From Mobula hypostoma (lineage: Eukaryota): 64,000 nucleotides of DNA. The notes under the pieces were generated by a model. It saw only the letters and a program-made list of their open reading frames with translations. It was not told the origin of the DNA and ran no database searches. The DNA is taken from the NCBI RefSeq assembly GCF_963921235.1, contig NC_086097.1, positions 98,706,001 through 98,770,000 of the forward strand. The letters are read 5' to 3'. The translations under genes and the position numbers were made by a program. Positions 13,601 to 28,600 of the stretch are shown one piece after another (positions within the stretch are counted from its first letter, which is position 1; the number at the start of each line of letters is the position of its first letter).

Positions 13601-16600
13601 TCACCCCTCCCCTATCCACGACCCTTCCATTACCCACACTCACTCCTCCCCTATCTACGACCCTTCCGTTACCCACACACACCCCTCCCCTATCGACGAC
13701 CATTCCTTTACCCACACTCACCCCTCCCCTGTCCACGACCCTTCCGTTACCCACACTCACCCCTACCCCATCCACGACCCTCCCGTTACCCACACTCACC
13801 CCTCCCCTATCCACTAACCTTCCATTACCCACATTCACCCCTCCTCTATCCACGACCCTTCCGTTACCCACACTCACACCTCCCCTATCCACGACCCTTC
13901 CGTTACCCACAGTCACCCCTCCCCTATCCATGACCCTTCGATTACCCACACTCACCCCTCCCTTATCCACGACCCTTCCATTACCCACACTCACCCCTCC
14001 CCTATCCATGACCCTTCGATTACCCACACTCACCCCTCCCCTATCCACGACCCTTACATTACCCGTACTCCCCCCTCCCCAATCCACGACCCTTCCATTA
14101 CCCACACTCACCCCTCCCCTATCCACGACCCTTCCATTACCCACAGTCACCCCTCCGCTATCCATGACCCTTCGATTACCCACACTCACCCCTCCCCTAT
14201 CCACGACCCTTCCATTACCCACACTCACCCCTCCCCTATCCACCACCCATCCATTACCCACACTCACCCCTCCCCTATCCACGACCCTTCCATTACCCAC
14301 ACTCACCCCTCCCCTATCCACGACCCTTCCATTACCCACACTCACCCCTCCCCTATCCATGACCCTTCCATTACCCACACTCACCCCTCCCCTATCCACG
14401 ACCCTTCCGTTACCCACACTCACCCCTCCCCTATCCACCACCCATCCATCACCCACACTCACACCTCCCCTATCCATGACCCTCCCGTTACCCACTGTTA
14501 AACCTCCCCTATCCACGACCCGCCTGTTACCCACACTCACGCCTCCGCCATCTACGACCCTTCTGTTACCCACACTCACCCGTCCCCCATGCACGACCCG
14601 CCCGTTACCCACAATCACCCCTCCCCTATCCAGGACCCTTCCGTTACCCATACTCACCCCTCCCCTATCCAGGACCCTTCCGTTACCCATACTCACCCCT
14701 CCCCTATCCACAACCTTTACATTACCCACACTGACCCCTCCCCCATCCACGACTCTTCCATTACCTGCACTCACCCCTCCCCTATCCACGACCCTTCGAT
14801 TACCCAGACTCACTCGTCCCCTATCCACAACCCTCCCGTTACCCACACTCACCCCTCCCCTATCCACGACCCTCCCGTTACCCACACTCACACCTCCCCT
14901 ATCCACGACCTTTCTGTTACCCACACTTACCCCTTCCATATCCACGATCCTTCCATTACACACACTCACCCCTCCCCTATCCACGACCCTTCCGTTACCC
15001 ACACTCACCCCTCCCCTATCCACGATCCTTCCATTACACACACTCACCCCTCCCCTATCCACGACCCTTCCGTTACCCTCACTCACCCCTCCCCTATCCA
15101 CGACCCTTTCGTTACGCATACTGACCCCTACCCTATCCACAACCCTTCCATTACCCACAGTCACTCCTCCCCTATCTACGACACTTCCGTTACCCACACA
15201 CACCCCTCCTCTATCGACGACCATTGCTTTACCCACACTCACCCCTCCCCTGTCCACGACCCTTCCGTTACCCACACTCACCCCTCCCCTATCCACGACC
15301 CTTATATTACTCACAATCACCCCTCCCCTATTCACGACCCTTCCGTTACCCACACTCACACCTCCCCTATCCACGACCCGTCCGTTACCCACAATCACAC
15401 CTCCCCTATCCACAATCCTTCCATTACCCACACTCACCCCTCCCCTGTCCATGACCCGTCCGTTACCCACACTCACCCCTCCCCATCCACGACCCTCCCG
15501 TTACCCACACTCACCCCTCCCCTATCTACGACCCTTCCGTTACCCACACTCATCCCTCCCCTATCCACGACCCGTCCGTTAACCACACTTACCCCTCCCT
15601 TATCCACGACGTTTCCGTTACCCACACACACCCCTCCCCTATCCACGACCCTTCCGTTACACACACTCACCCCTCCCGTAACCACGACCCTTCCGTTACC
15701 CACACTCACCCCTCCCCTATCCAGACCCTTCCATTACCCACACTCACCCCTCCCTTATCAACGACCCTTCCATTACCCAGACTCACGCCTCCCCTATCCT
15801 CGACCCTTCCGTTACCCACACTCACCCCTCCCCTATCCACGACCCTTCCATTACCCACACTCACCGCTCCCCTATCCTCGTCCCTTCCATTACCCACACT
15901 CACACCTCCCCTATCCACGACCCTCCCGTTACCCACACTCACCCCTCCCCTATGCACGAACCTTCCATTACCCACAGTCACCCCTCCCCTATCTACGACC
16001 CTCTCGTTACCCACACACACCCCTCCCGTATCCACGACCCTACCTTTACCCACACTCACCCTTCCCCTATACACGACCCTAGTATTACCCACACTCAATC
16101 CTCCCCCATCCACGACCCTTCCATTACCCACACACATCCCTCCCCTATCCACGACCATTCCATTACCCACACTTACACCTCCCCTATCCACGACACTTCC
16201 ATTACCCAAACTCACCCCTCCCCTCTCCACGACCCTTCCATTCCCACACTCACCCCTTCCCTGTCCATGACCCTTCCATGACCCACACTCAACCCTCCCC
16301 AACCCACGACCCTTGCGTTACCCGCAGTCACCCCTCTCCTATCTACGACTCTTCCGTTACCCTCACTCACCCCTCCCCTATGCACGATCTTTCCATTACC
16401 CACACTGACCCCTCCCCCATCCACGACTCTTCCGTTACCCTCACTCACCCCTCCCCTATCCACGACCCTTCCGTTACACATACTCACCCCTTCCATATCC
16501 ACGATCCTTCCATTACCCACACTCATGCCTCCCCTATCCACGAACCTTCCGTTAGCCACACTTACCCCTCTCCTATCCACGACCCTTTCGTTACGCACAC

Positions 16601-19600
16601 TGACCCCTACCCTATCCACAACCCTCCCATTACCCACACTCAACCCTCCCCTATTCACGACCCTTCCATTACCCACATTCACCCCACCTCTATCCACGAA
16701 CCTTCCTTTCCGCACACTACCCCTCTCCTATCCACGACCCTTCCATTACCCGTACTCACCCCTCCCCTATCCACGACCCTTCCGTTACCCACACTCACAC
16801 CTCCCCTATCCACGACCCGTCCGTTACCCACAATCACCCCTCCGCTATCCACGACCCTTCCATTACCCACACTCACCCCTCCCCTGTCCATGACCCTTCC
16901 GTTACCCACATTCTCCCCTCCCCTATCCACGACCCTCCCGTTACCCACACTCACCCCTCCCCTATCCACGAACCTTCCATTATCCACAGTCACCCCTCCC
17001 CTATCGACGACCTTTCCGTTACCCACACACACCCCTCCCCTATCCATGACCCTTCCGTTACCCACACTCACCCCTCCCCTATCCACGACCCTTTCGTTAC
17101 CCACACTCACCCCTCCCCTATCCACGACCCTCCCGTTACCCACACTCACCCCTCCCCTATCCACGAACCTTCCATTACCCACAGTCACCCCTCCCCTATC
17201 GACGACCTTTCCGTTACCCACACACACCCCTCCCCTATCCACGACCCTACCTTTACCCACACTCACCCCTCCCCTATACAGGACCCTAGTATTACCCACA
17301 CTCAATCCTCCCCCATCCACGACCCTTCCATTACCCACACACACCCCTCCCCTATCCACGACCCTTCCATTACCCACACTCACCCCTCCCCGTCCACTAC
17401 CCTTCCATATCTCACACTCAACCCTCCCCAACCCACGACCCTTGCGTTACCCGCAGTCACCCCTCCCCTATCTACGACTCTTCCGTTACCCTCACTCACC
17501 CCTCCCCTATCCACGACCCTTCCGTTAGCCACACTTACCCCTCCCTATCCAGGACCCTTCCGTTACACATACTCACCCCTCCCCTATCCAGGACCCTTCC
17601 GTTACCCATACTCATCCTCCCCTATCCACGACCCTTCCATTACCCACACTGACCCCTCCCCCATCCACGACTCTTCCGTTACCCGCACTCCCCTGTCCCC
17701 TATCCACAACCCTTCGATTACCCAGACTCACCCCTACCCTATCCACGACCCTCCCGTTACCCACACTCACACCTCCTCTATCCACGACCCTTCCTTTACC
17801 CACACACACCCCTCCCCTATCCACGACCCTCCCATTACCCACACTCACCCCTCCCCTATCCACGACCCTTCCGTTACCCACACTCAATCCTCCCCTATCC
17901 ACGACCCTCCCGTTACCCACACTCACCCCGCCCCTATCCACGAACCTTCCATTACCCACACTCACACCTCCCCTATCCACGACCCTTCCGTTACCGACAC
18001 TCACCCCTCCCCTTTCCATGACCCTCCCGTTACCCACTGTTAAACCTCCCCTATCCACGACCCGCCTGTTACCCACACTCACCCCTCCCCTATCCACGAC
18101 CCTTCCATTACCCACACTGACCCCTCCCCTATCCACGACCCTTCCGTTACCCACACTCACCCCTCCCCCATCCACGACCCTTCCATTACCCACACTCACC
18201 CCTCCCCTACCCACGACCCTCCTGTTACCCACACTTACCCCTTCCATATCCACGATCCTTGAATTACACACACTCACCCCTCCCCTATCCACGACCCTTC
18301 CGTTACCCTCACTCACCCCTCCGCTATCCACGACCCTTTCGTTACGCATACTGACCCCTACCCTATCCACAACCCTCCCATTACCCACACTCAACCCTCC
18401 CATATCCACGACCCTTCCATTACCCACACTCCCCCCTCCCCTATCCACGACCCTTCCGTTACCCACACTCACACCTCCCCTATCCACGACCCTCCTGTTT
18501 CCCACACTCACCCCTCCCCTATCCACGACCCGTCCATTACCCACACACACCCGTCCCCTATACACAACCCTTCCGTTACCCACACACACCCCTCCCCCAT
18601 CCATGACCCTTCCGTTACCCACACTCACCCCTCCCCTATCCAGACCCTTCCATTACCCAGACTCACCCCTCCCCTATCCTCGACCCTTCCGTTACCCACA
18701 CTCACCCCTCCCTTATCCACGACGTTTCCGTTACCCACACACACCCCTCCCCTATCCACGACCCTTCCGTTACCCACACTCACCCCTCCCCTATCCACGA
18801 CCCTTCCATTACCCACACTCACCCCTCCCTTATCCACGACCCTTCCATTACCCACACTCACCCCTCCCCTATCCACGACCCTCCCGTTACCCACACTCAC
18901 CCCTCCCCTATCCACGACCCTTCCATTACCCACAGTCACTCCTCCCCTATCTACGACCCTTCCGTTACCCACACACACCCCTCCCCTATCGACGACCATT
19001 CCTTTACCCACACTCACCCCTCCCCTGTCCACGACCCTTCCGTTACCCACACTCACCCCTACCCCATCCACGACCCTCCCGTTACCCACACTCACCCCTC
19101 CCCTATCCACGAACCTTCCATTACCCACATTCACCCCTCCTCTATCCACGACCCTTCCGTTACCCACACTCACACCTCCCCTATCCACGACCCTTCCGTT
19201 ATCCACAGTCACCCCTCCCCTATCCATGACCCTTCGATTACCCACACTCACCCCTCCCTTATCCACGACCCTTCCATTACCCACACTCACCCCTCCCCTA
19301 TCCATGACCCTTCGATTACCCACACTCACCCCTCCCCTATCCACGACCCTTACATTACCCGTACTCCCCCCTCCCCAATCCACGACCCTTCCATTACCCA
19401 CACTCACCCCTCCCCTATCCACGACCCTTCCATTACCCACAGTCACCCCTCCGCTATCCATGACCCTTCGATTACCCACACTCACCCCTCCCCTATCCAC
19501 GACCCTTCCGTTACCCACACTCACCCCTCCCCTATCCACCACCCATCCATTACCCACACTCACCCCTCCCCTATCCACGACCCTTCCATTACCCACACTC

Positions 19601-22600
19601 ACCCCTCCCCTATCCATGACCCTTCCATTACCCACACTCACCCCTCCCCTATCCACGACCCTTCCGTTACCCACACTCACCCCTCCCCTATCCACCACCC
19701 ATCCATCACCCACACTCACACCTCCCCTATCCATGACCCTCCCGTTACCCACTGTTAAACCTCCCCTATCCACGACCCGCCTGTTACCCACACTCACGCC
19801 TCCCCTATCCACGACCCTTCCGTTACCCACACTCACCCCTCCCCTATCCACCACCCATCCATCACCCACACTCACACCTCCCCTATCCATGACCCTCCCG
19901 TTACCCACTGTTAAACCTCCCCTATCCACGACCCGCCTGTTACCCACTCTCACGCCTCCCCTATCCACGACCCGCCCGTTACCCACACTCACCCCTCCCC
20001 TATCCAGGACCCTTCCGTTACCCATACTCACCCCTCCCCTATCCAGGACCCTTCCGTTACCCATACTCACCCTCCCCTATCCACAACCTTTACATTACCC
20101 ACACTGACCCCTCCCCCATCCACGACTCTTCCATTACCTGCACTCACCCCTCCCCTATCCACGACCCTTCGATTACCCAGACTCACTCGTCCCCTATCCA
20201 CAACCCTCCCGTTACCCACACTCACCCCTCCCCTATCCACGACCCTTCCTTTACCCACACTCACCCCTCCCCTCTCCACGACCCTTCCATGACCCACACT
20301 CACCTTTCCCCAACCCACGACCCTTCCGTTACCCACCCACACCCCTCCCCATCCATGACCCGTCCGTTACCCACACTCACCCCTCCCCTATCCACGACCC
20401 TCCCGTTACCCACACTCACCCCTCCCCTATCCACGAACCTTCCATTACCCACAGTCACCCCTCCCCTATCCACGACCCTTCCGTTACCCACACACACCCC
20501 TCCCCTATCCACGACCCTTCCTTTACCCACACTCACCCCTCCCCTATCCACGACCCGTCCGTTAACCACACTTACCCCTCCCTTATCCACGACGTTTCCG
20601 TTACCCACACACACCCCTCCCCTATCCACGACCCTTCCGTTACACACACTCACCCCTCCCTTATCCACAACCCTTCCGTTACCCACACTCTCCCCTCCCC
20701 ATCCACAACCCTTCCATTACTCACACTCACCCCTCCCCTATCCAGACCCTTCCATTACCCACACTCACCCCTCCCTTATCAACGACCCTTCCATTACCCA
20801 CACTCACCCCTCCCCTATCCACGACCCTTCCGTTACCCACACTCACCCCTCCCCTATCCACGACCCTTCCGTTACCCACACTCACCCCTCCCCTATCCAC
20901 GACCCTTCCATTACCCACACTCACCGCTCCCCTATCCTCGTCCCTTCCATTACCCACACTCACCCCTCCCCTATCCACGACCCTTCCATTACCCAGACTC
21001 ACGCCTCCCCTATGCACGAACCTTCCATTACCCACAGTCACCCCTCCCCTATCTACGACCCTCTCGTTACCCACACACACCCCTCCCGTATCCACGACCC
21101 TACCTTTACCCACACTCACCCTTCCCCTATACACGACCCTAGTATTACCCACACTCAATCCTCCCCCATCCACGACCCTTCCATTACCCACACACATCCC
21201 TCCCCTATCCACGACCATTCCATTACCCACACTTACACCTCCCCTATCCACGACACTTCCATTACCCAAACTCACCCCTCCCCTCTCCACGACCCTTCCA
21301 TTCCCACACTCACCCCTTCCCTGTCCATGACCCTTCCATGACCCACACTCAACCCTCCCCAACCCACGACCCTTGCGTTACCCGCAGTCACCCCTCTCCT
21401 ATCTACGACTCTTCCGTTACCCTCACTCACCCCTCCCCTATGCACGATCTTTCCATTACCCACACTGACCCCTCCCCCATCCACGACTCTTCCGTTACCC
21501 TCACTCACCCCTCCCCTATCCACGACCCTTCCGTTACACATACTCACCCCTTCCATATCCACGATCCTTCCATTACCCACACTCATGCCTCCCCTATCCA
21601 CGAACCTTCCGTTAGCCACACTTACCCCTCTCCTATCCACGACCCTTTCGTTACGCACACTGACCCCTACCCTATCCACAACCCTCCCATTACCCACACT
21701 CAACCCTCCCCTATTCACGACCCTTCCATTACCCACATTCACCCCACCTCTATCCACGAACCTTCCTTTCCGCACACTACCCCTCTCCTATCCACGACCC
21801 TTCCATTACCCGTACTCACCCCTCCCCTATCCACGACCCGTCCGTTACCCACAATCACCCCTCCGCTATCCACGACCCTTCCATTACCCACACTCACCCC
21901 TCCCCTGTCCATGACCCTTCCGTTACCCACATTCACCCCTCCCCTATCCACGACCCTCCCGTTACCCACACTCACCCCTCCCCTATCCACGAACCTTCCA
22001 TTATCCACAGTCACCCCTCCCCTATCGACGACCTTTCCGTTACCCACACACACCCCTCCCCTATCCATGACCCTTCCGTTACCCACACTCAACCCTCCCC
22101 TATCCACGACCCTTTCATTACCCACACTCACACCTCCCCTATCCACGACCCTTCCGTTACCCAAACTCCCCCGTCCCCTATCCACGACCCTCCTGTTTCC
22201 CACATTCACCCCTCCCCTATCCACGACCCTTCCATTACACACACTCACCCTTCCCCTATCCACGACCCTTCCATTACCCACATTAACACCTCCCTTATGC
22301 ACGACCCGTCCATTACCCACAAACACCCGTCCCCTATCCACGACCCTTCCGTTACCCACACTCACCCCTCCCCTATCCACGACCCTTTCGTTACCCACAC
22401 TCACCCCTCCGCCATCCACGACCCTACCGTTACCCACACTCACCCCTCCCCCATCCATGACCCTTCCGTTACCCACACTCACCCCTCCCTCATCCACGAC
22501 CCTTCCGTTACCCTCACTCATCCCTCCCCAATCCACGACCCGTCCGTTAACCACACTTACCCCTCCCTTATCCACGACGTTTCCGTTACCCACACACACC

Positions 22601-25600
22601 CCTCCCCTATCCACGACCCTTCCGTTACCCACACTCACCCCTCCCCTATCCACGACCCTTCCATTACCCACACTCACTCCTCCCCTATCCACGACCCTTC
22701 CGTTACCCACACACACCCCTCCCCTATCCACGACCCTTCCTTTACCCACACTCACCCCTCCCCTATCCACGACCCTTCCGTTACCCACACTCACCCCTCC
22801 CCCATCCACGACCCTCCCGTTACCCACACTCACCCCTCCCCTATCCACGACCCTTCCATTACCCACATTCACCCCTCCTCTATCCACGACCCTTCCGTTA
22901 CCCACACTCACACCTCCCCTATCCACGACCCTTCCGTTACCCACACTCACCCCTCCCCTATCCATGACCCTTCCATTACCCACACTCACCCCTCCCTTAT
23001 CCACGACCCTTCCATTACCCACACTCACCCCTCCCCTATCCATGACCCTTCCATTACCCACACTCACCCCTCCCCTATCCACGACCCTTACATTACCCGT
23101 ACTCACCCCTCCCCAATCCACGACCCTTCCATTACCCACACTCACCCCTCCCCTATCCACGACCCTTCCATTACCCACAGTCACCCCTCCCCTATCCATG
23201 ACCCTTCCGTTACCCACACTCACCCCTCCCCTATCCACGACCCTTCCATTACCCACACTCACCCCTCCCCTATCCACGACCCTTCCATTACCCACACTCA
23301 CCCCTCCCCTATCCACGACCCTTCCATTACCCACACTCACCCCTCCCCTATCCACGACCCTTCCATTACCCACACTCACCCCTCCCCTATCCATGACCCT
23401 TCCATTACCCACACTCACCCCTCCCCTATCCACGACCCTTCCGTTACCCACACTCACCCCTCCCCTATCCACCACCCATCCATTACCCACACTCACCCCT
23501 CCCCTATCCACGACCCTCCCGTTACCCACTGTTAAACCTCCCCTATCCACGACCCGCCTGTTACCCACACACACCCCTCCGCTATCTACGACCCTTCTGT
23601 TACCCACACTCACCCGTCCCCCATGCACGACCCGCCCGTTACCCACAATCACCCCTCCCCTATCCAGGACCCTTCCGTTACCCACACTCACCCCTCCCCT
23701 ATCCACTACCCTTCCATTACCCACACTCACCCCTCCCCTATCCACGACCCTTCCGTTACCCACACTCACCCCTCCCCTATCCACGACCCTTCCGTTACCC
23801 ACACTCACCCCTCCCCTATCCAGGACCCTTCCGTTACCCATACTCACCCTCCCCTATCCACAACCTTTACATTACCCACACTGACCCCTCCCCCATCCAC
23901 GACTCTTCCATTACCTGCACTCACCCCTCCCCTATCCACGACCCTCCCGTTACCCACACTCACCCCTCCCCTATCCACGACCCTCCTGTTACCCACACTC
24001 ACCCCTCCCCTATCCACGACCCTCCCGTTACCCACACTCACCCCTCCCCTATCCACGACCCTTCTGTTACCCACACTCACCCCTTCCCTATCCACGACCC
24101 TTCCATTACACACACTCACCCCTCCCCTATCCACGACCCTTCCGTTACCCACACTCACCCCTCCCCTATCCACGACCCTTCCATTACCCACACTCACCCC
24201 TCCCCTATCCACGACCCTTCCGTTACCCACACTCACCCCTCCCCTATCCACGACCCTTTCGTTACGCATACTGACCCCTACCCTATCCACAACCCTTCCA
24301 TTACCCACAGTCACTCCTCCCCTATCTACGACACTTCCGTTAACACACCCCTCCTCTATCGACGACCATTGCTTTACCCACACTCACCCCTCCCCTGTCC
24401 ACGACCCTTCCGTTACCCACACTCACCCCTCCCCTATCCACGACCCTTATATTACTCACAATCACCCCACCCCTATTCACGACCCTTCCGTTACCCACAC
24501 TCACCCCTCCCCTATCCACGACCCTTCCGTTACCCACACTCACACCTCCCCTATCCACAATCCTTCCATTACCCACACTCACCCCTCCCCTATCCATGAC
24601 CCTTCCGTTACCCACACTCACCCCTCCCCTATCCACGACCCTCCCGTTACCCACACTCACCCCTCCCCTATCCACGACCCTTCCGTTACCCACACTCACC
24701 CCTCCCCTATCCACGACCCTTCCGTTACCCACACTCACCCCTCCCCTATCCACGACCCTTCCGTTACCCACACACACCCCTCCCCTATCCACGACCCTTC
24801 CGTTACACACACTCACCCCTCCCGTAACCACGACCCTTCCGTTACCCACACTCACCCCTCCCCTATCCACGACCCTTCCATTACCCACACTCACCCCTCC
24901 CTTATCCACGACCCTTCCATTACCCACACTCACCCCTCCCCTATCCTCGACCCTTCCGTTACCCACACTCACCCCTCCCCTATCCACGACCCTTCCATTA
25001 CCCACACTCACCCCTCCCCTATCCACGTCCCTTCCATTACCCACACTCACCCCTCCCCTATCCACGACCCTCCCGTTACCCACACTCTCCCCTCCCCATC
25101 CACAACCCTTCCATTAGCCAGACTCACCGCTCCCCTATCTACGACCCTCTCGTTACCCACACACACCCCTCCCGTATCCACGACCCTTCCGTTACCCACA
25201 CTCACCCTTCCCCTATACACGACCCTAGTATTACCCACACTCAATCCTCCCCCATCCACGACCCTTCCATTACCCACACACATCCCTCCCCTATCCACGA
25301 CCACCTCCCCTATCCACGACACTTCCATTACCCAAACTCACCCCTCCCCTCTCCACGACCCTTCCATTCCCACACTCACCCCTTCCCTGTCCATGACCCT
25401 TCCATGACCCACACTCAACCCTCCCCAACCCACGACCCTTGCGTTACCCGCAGTCACCCCTCTCCTATCTACGACTCTTCCGTTACCCTCACTCACCCCT
25501 CCCCTATGCACGATCTTTCCATTACCCACACTGACCCCTCCCCCATCCACGACTCTTCCGTTACCCTCACTCACCCCTCCCCTATCCACGACCCTTCCGT

Positions 25601-28600
25601 TACACATACTCACCCCTTCCATATCCACGATCCTTCCATTACCCACACTCATGCCTCCCCTATCCACGAACCTTCCGTTAGCCACACTTACCCCTCTCCT
25701 ATCCACGACCCTTTCGTTACGCACACTGACCCCTACCCTATCCACAACCCTCCCATTACCCACACTCAACCCTCCCCTATTCACGACCCTTCCATTACCC
25801 ACATTCACCCCACCTCTATCCACGAACCTTCCTTTCCGCACACTACCCCTCTCCTATCCACGACCCTTCCATTACCCGTACTCACCCCTCCCCTATCCAC
25901 GACCCTTCCGTTACCCACACTCACACCTCCCCTATCCACGACCCGTCCGTTACCCACACTCACCCCTCCGCTATCCACGACCCTTCCATTACCCACACTC
26001 ACCCCTCCCCTGTCCATGACCCTTCCGTTACCCACATTCACCCCTCCCCTATCCACGACCCTCCCGTTACCCACACTCACCCCTCCCCTATCCACGAACC
26101 TTCCATTACCCACAGTCACCCCTCCCCTATCGACGACCTTTCCGTTACCCACACACACCCCTCCCCTATCCATGACCCTTCCGTTACCCACACTCACCCC
26201 TCCCCTATCCACGACCCTTTCGTTACCCACACTCACCCCTCCCCTATCCACGACCCTCCCGTTACCCACACTCACCCCTCCCCTATCCACGAACCTTCCA
26301 TTACCCACAGTCACCCCTCCCCTATCGACGACCTTTCCGTTACCCACACACACCCCTCCCCTATCCACGACCCTACCTTTACCCACACTCACCCCTCCCC
26401 TATACAGGACCCTAGTATTACCCACACTCAATCCTCCCCCATCCACGACCCTTCCATTACCCACACACACCCCTCCCCTATCCACGACCCTTCCATTCCC
26501 ACACTCACCCCTCCCCGTCCACGACCCTTCCATATCTCACACTCAACCCTCCCCAACCCACGACCCTTGCGTTACCCGCAGTCACCCCTCCCCTATCTAC
26601 GACTCTTCCGTTACCCTCACTCACCCCTCCCCTATCCACGACCCTTCCGTTAGCCACACTTACCCCTCCCTATCCAGGACCCTTCCGTTACACATACTCA
26701 CCCCTCCCCTATCCAGGACCCTTCCGTTACCCATACTCATCCTCCCCTATCCACGACCCTTCCATTACCCACACTGACCCCTCCCCCATCCACGACTCTT
26801 CCGTTACCCGCACTCCCCTGTCCCCTATCCACAACCCTTCGATTACCCAGACTCACCCCTACCCTATCCACGACCCTCCCGTTACCCACACTCACCCCTC
26901 CCCTATCCACGACCCTTCCTTTACCCACACTCACCCCTCCCCTATCCACGACCCTCCCATTACCCACACTCACCCCTCCCCTATCCACGACCCTTCCGTT
27001 ACCCACACTCACCCCTCCCCTATCCACGACCCTCCCGTTACCCACACTCACCCCTCCCCTATCCACGACCCTTCCATTACCCACACTCACACCTCCCCTA
27101 TCCACGACCCTTCCGTTACCCACACTCACCCCTCCCCTATCCACGTCCCTCCCGTTACCCACTGTTAAACCTCCCCTATCCACAACCCGCCTGTTACCCA
27201 CACACACCCCTCCGCTATCTACGACCCTTCCGTTACCCACACTCACCCCTCCCCTATCCACGACCCTTCCGTTACCCACACTCACCCCTCCCCCATCCAC
27301 GACCCTTCCATTACCCACACTCACCCCTCCCCTACCCACGACCCTCCTGTTACCCACACTTACGATCCTTGAATTACACACACTCACCCCTCCCCTATCC
27401 ACGACCCTTCCGTTACCCTCACTCACCCCTCCGCTATCCACGACCCTTTCGTTACGCATACTGACCCCTACCCTATCCACAACCCTCCCATTACACACAC
27501 TCACCCCTCCCCTATCAATGACCCTTATATTACCCACACTCACCCCTCCCCTATCCACGACCCTTCCGTTACCCACACTCACCCCTCCCCTATCCACGAC
27601 CCTCCTGTTACCCACACTCACCCCTCCCCTATCCACGACCCTTCCATTACCCACACTCACCCCTCCCCTATCCACGACCCTTCCGTTACCCACACTCACC
27701 CCTCCCCCATCCACGACCCTTCCGTTACCCACACTCACCCCTCCCCTATCCACGACCCTTCCATTACCCACACTCACCCCTCCCCTATCCACGACCCTTC
27801 CGTTACCCACACTCACCCCTCCCCTATCCACGACCCTTCCATTACCCACACTCACCCCTCCCCTATCCACCACCTATCCATTACCCACACTCACAACTCC
27901 CCTATCCATGACCCTCCCGTTACCCATACTCACCCCTCCCCTATCCAGGACCCTTCCGTTACCCACACTCACCCCTCCCCTATCCACGACCCTTCCATTA
28001 CCCACACTCACCCCTCCCCTATCCACGACCCTTCCATGACCCACACTCACCCCTCCCCAACCCACGACCCTTCCGTTACCCACCCACACCCCTCCCCTAC
28101 CCACGACCTTTCCATTACACACACTCACCCTCCCCTATCCACGACCCTTCCGTTACCCACACTCACCCCTCCCCAATCCACGACCCTTCCATTACCCAAA
28201 CTCACCCCTCCCCTCTCCACTACCCTTCCATTACCCCACTTAACCCTCCCTTATCCACGACGTTTCCGTTACCCACACACACCCCTCCCCTATCCACGAC
28301 CCTTCCGTTACCCACACTCTCCCCTCCCCATCCACAACCCTTCCATTAGCCTCACTCACCCCTCCCCTATCCTCGACCCTTCCGTTACCCACACTCACCC
28401 CTCCCCTATCCACGACCCTTCCGTTACCCACATTAACACTTCCCTTATGCACGACCCGTCCATTACCCACACACACCCCTCCCCCATCCACGACCCTTCC
28501 GTTACCCACACTCACCCCTCCCCTATCCACGACCCTTCCGTTACCCACACTCACCCCTCCCCTATCCACGACCCTTCCGTTACCCACACTCACCCCTCCC

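Noticed and set aside
13047..15476. Minus-strand ([13 protein letters not shown])n protein with repeated NGR motifs
   Set aside because: Any indel leads to a stop within a few codons, so these ORFs merely mark indel-free tracts; there is no independent coding evidence.
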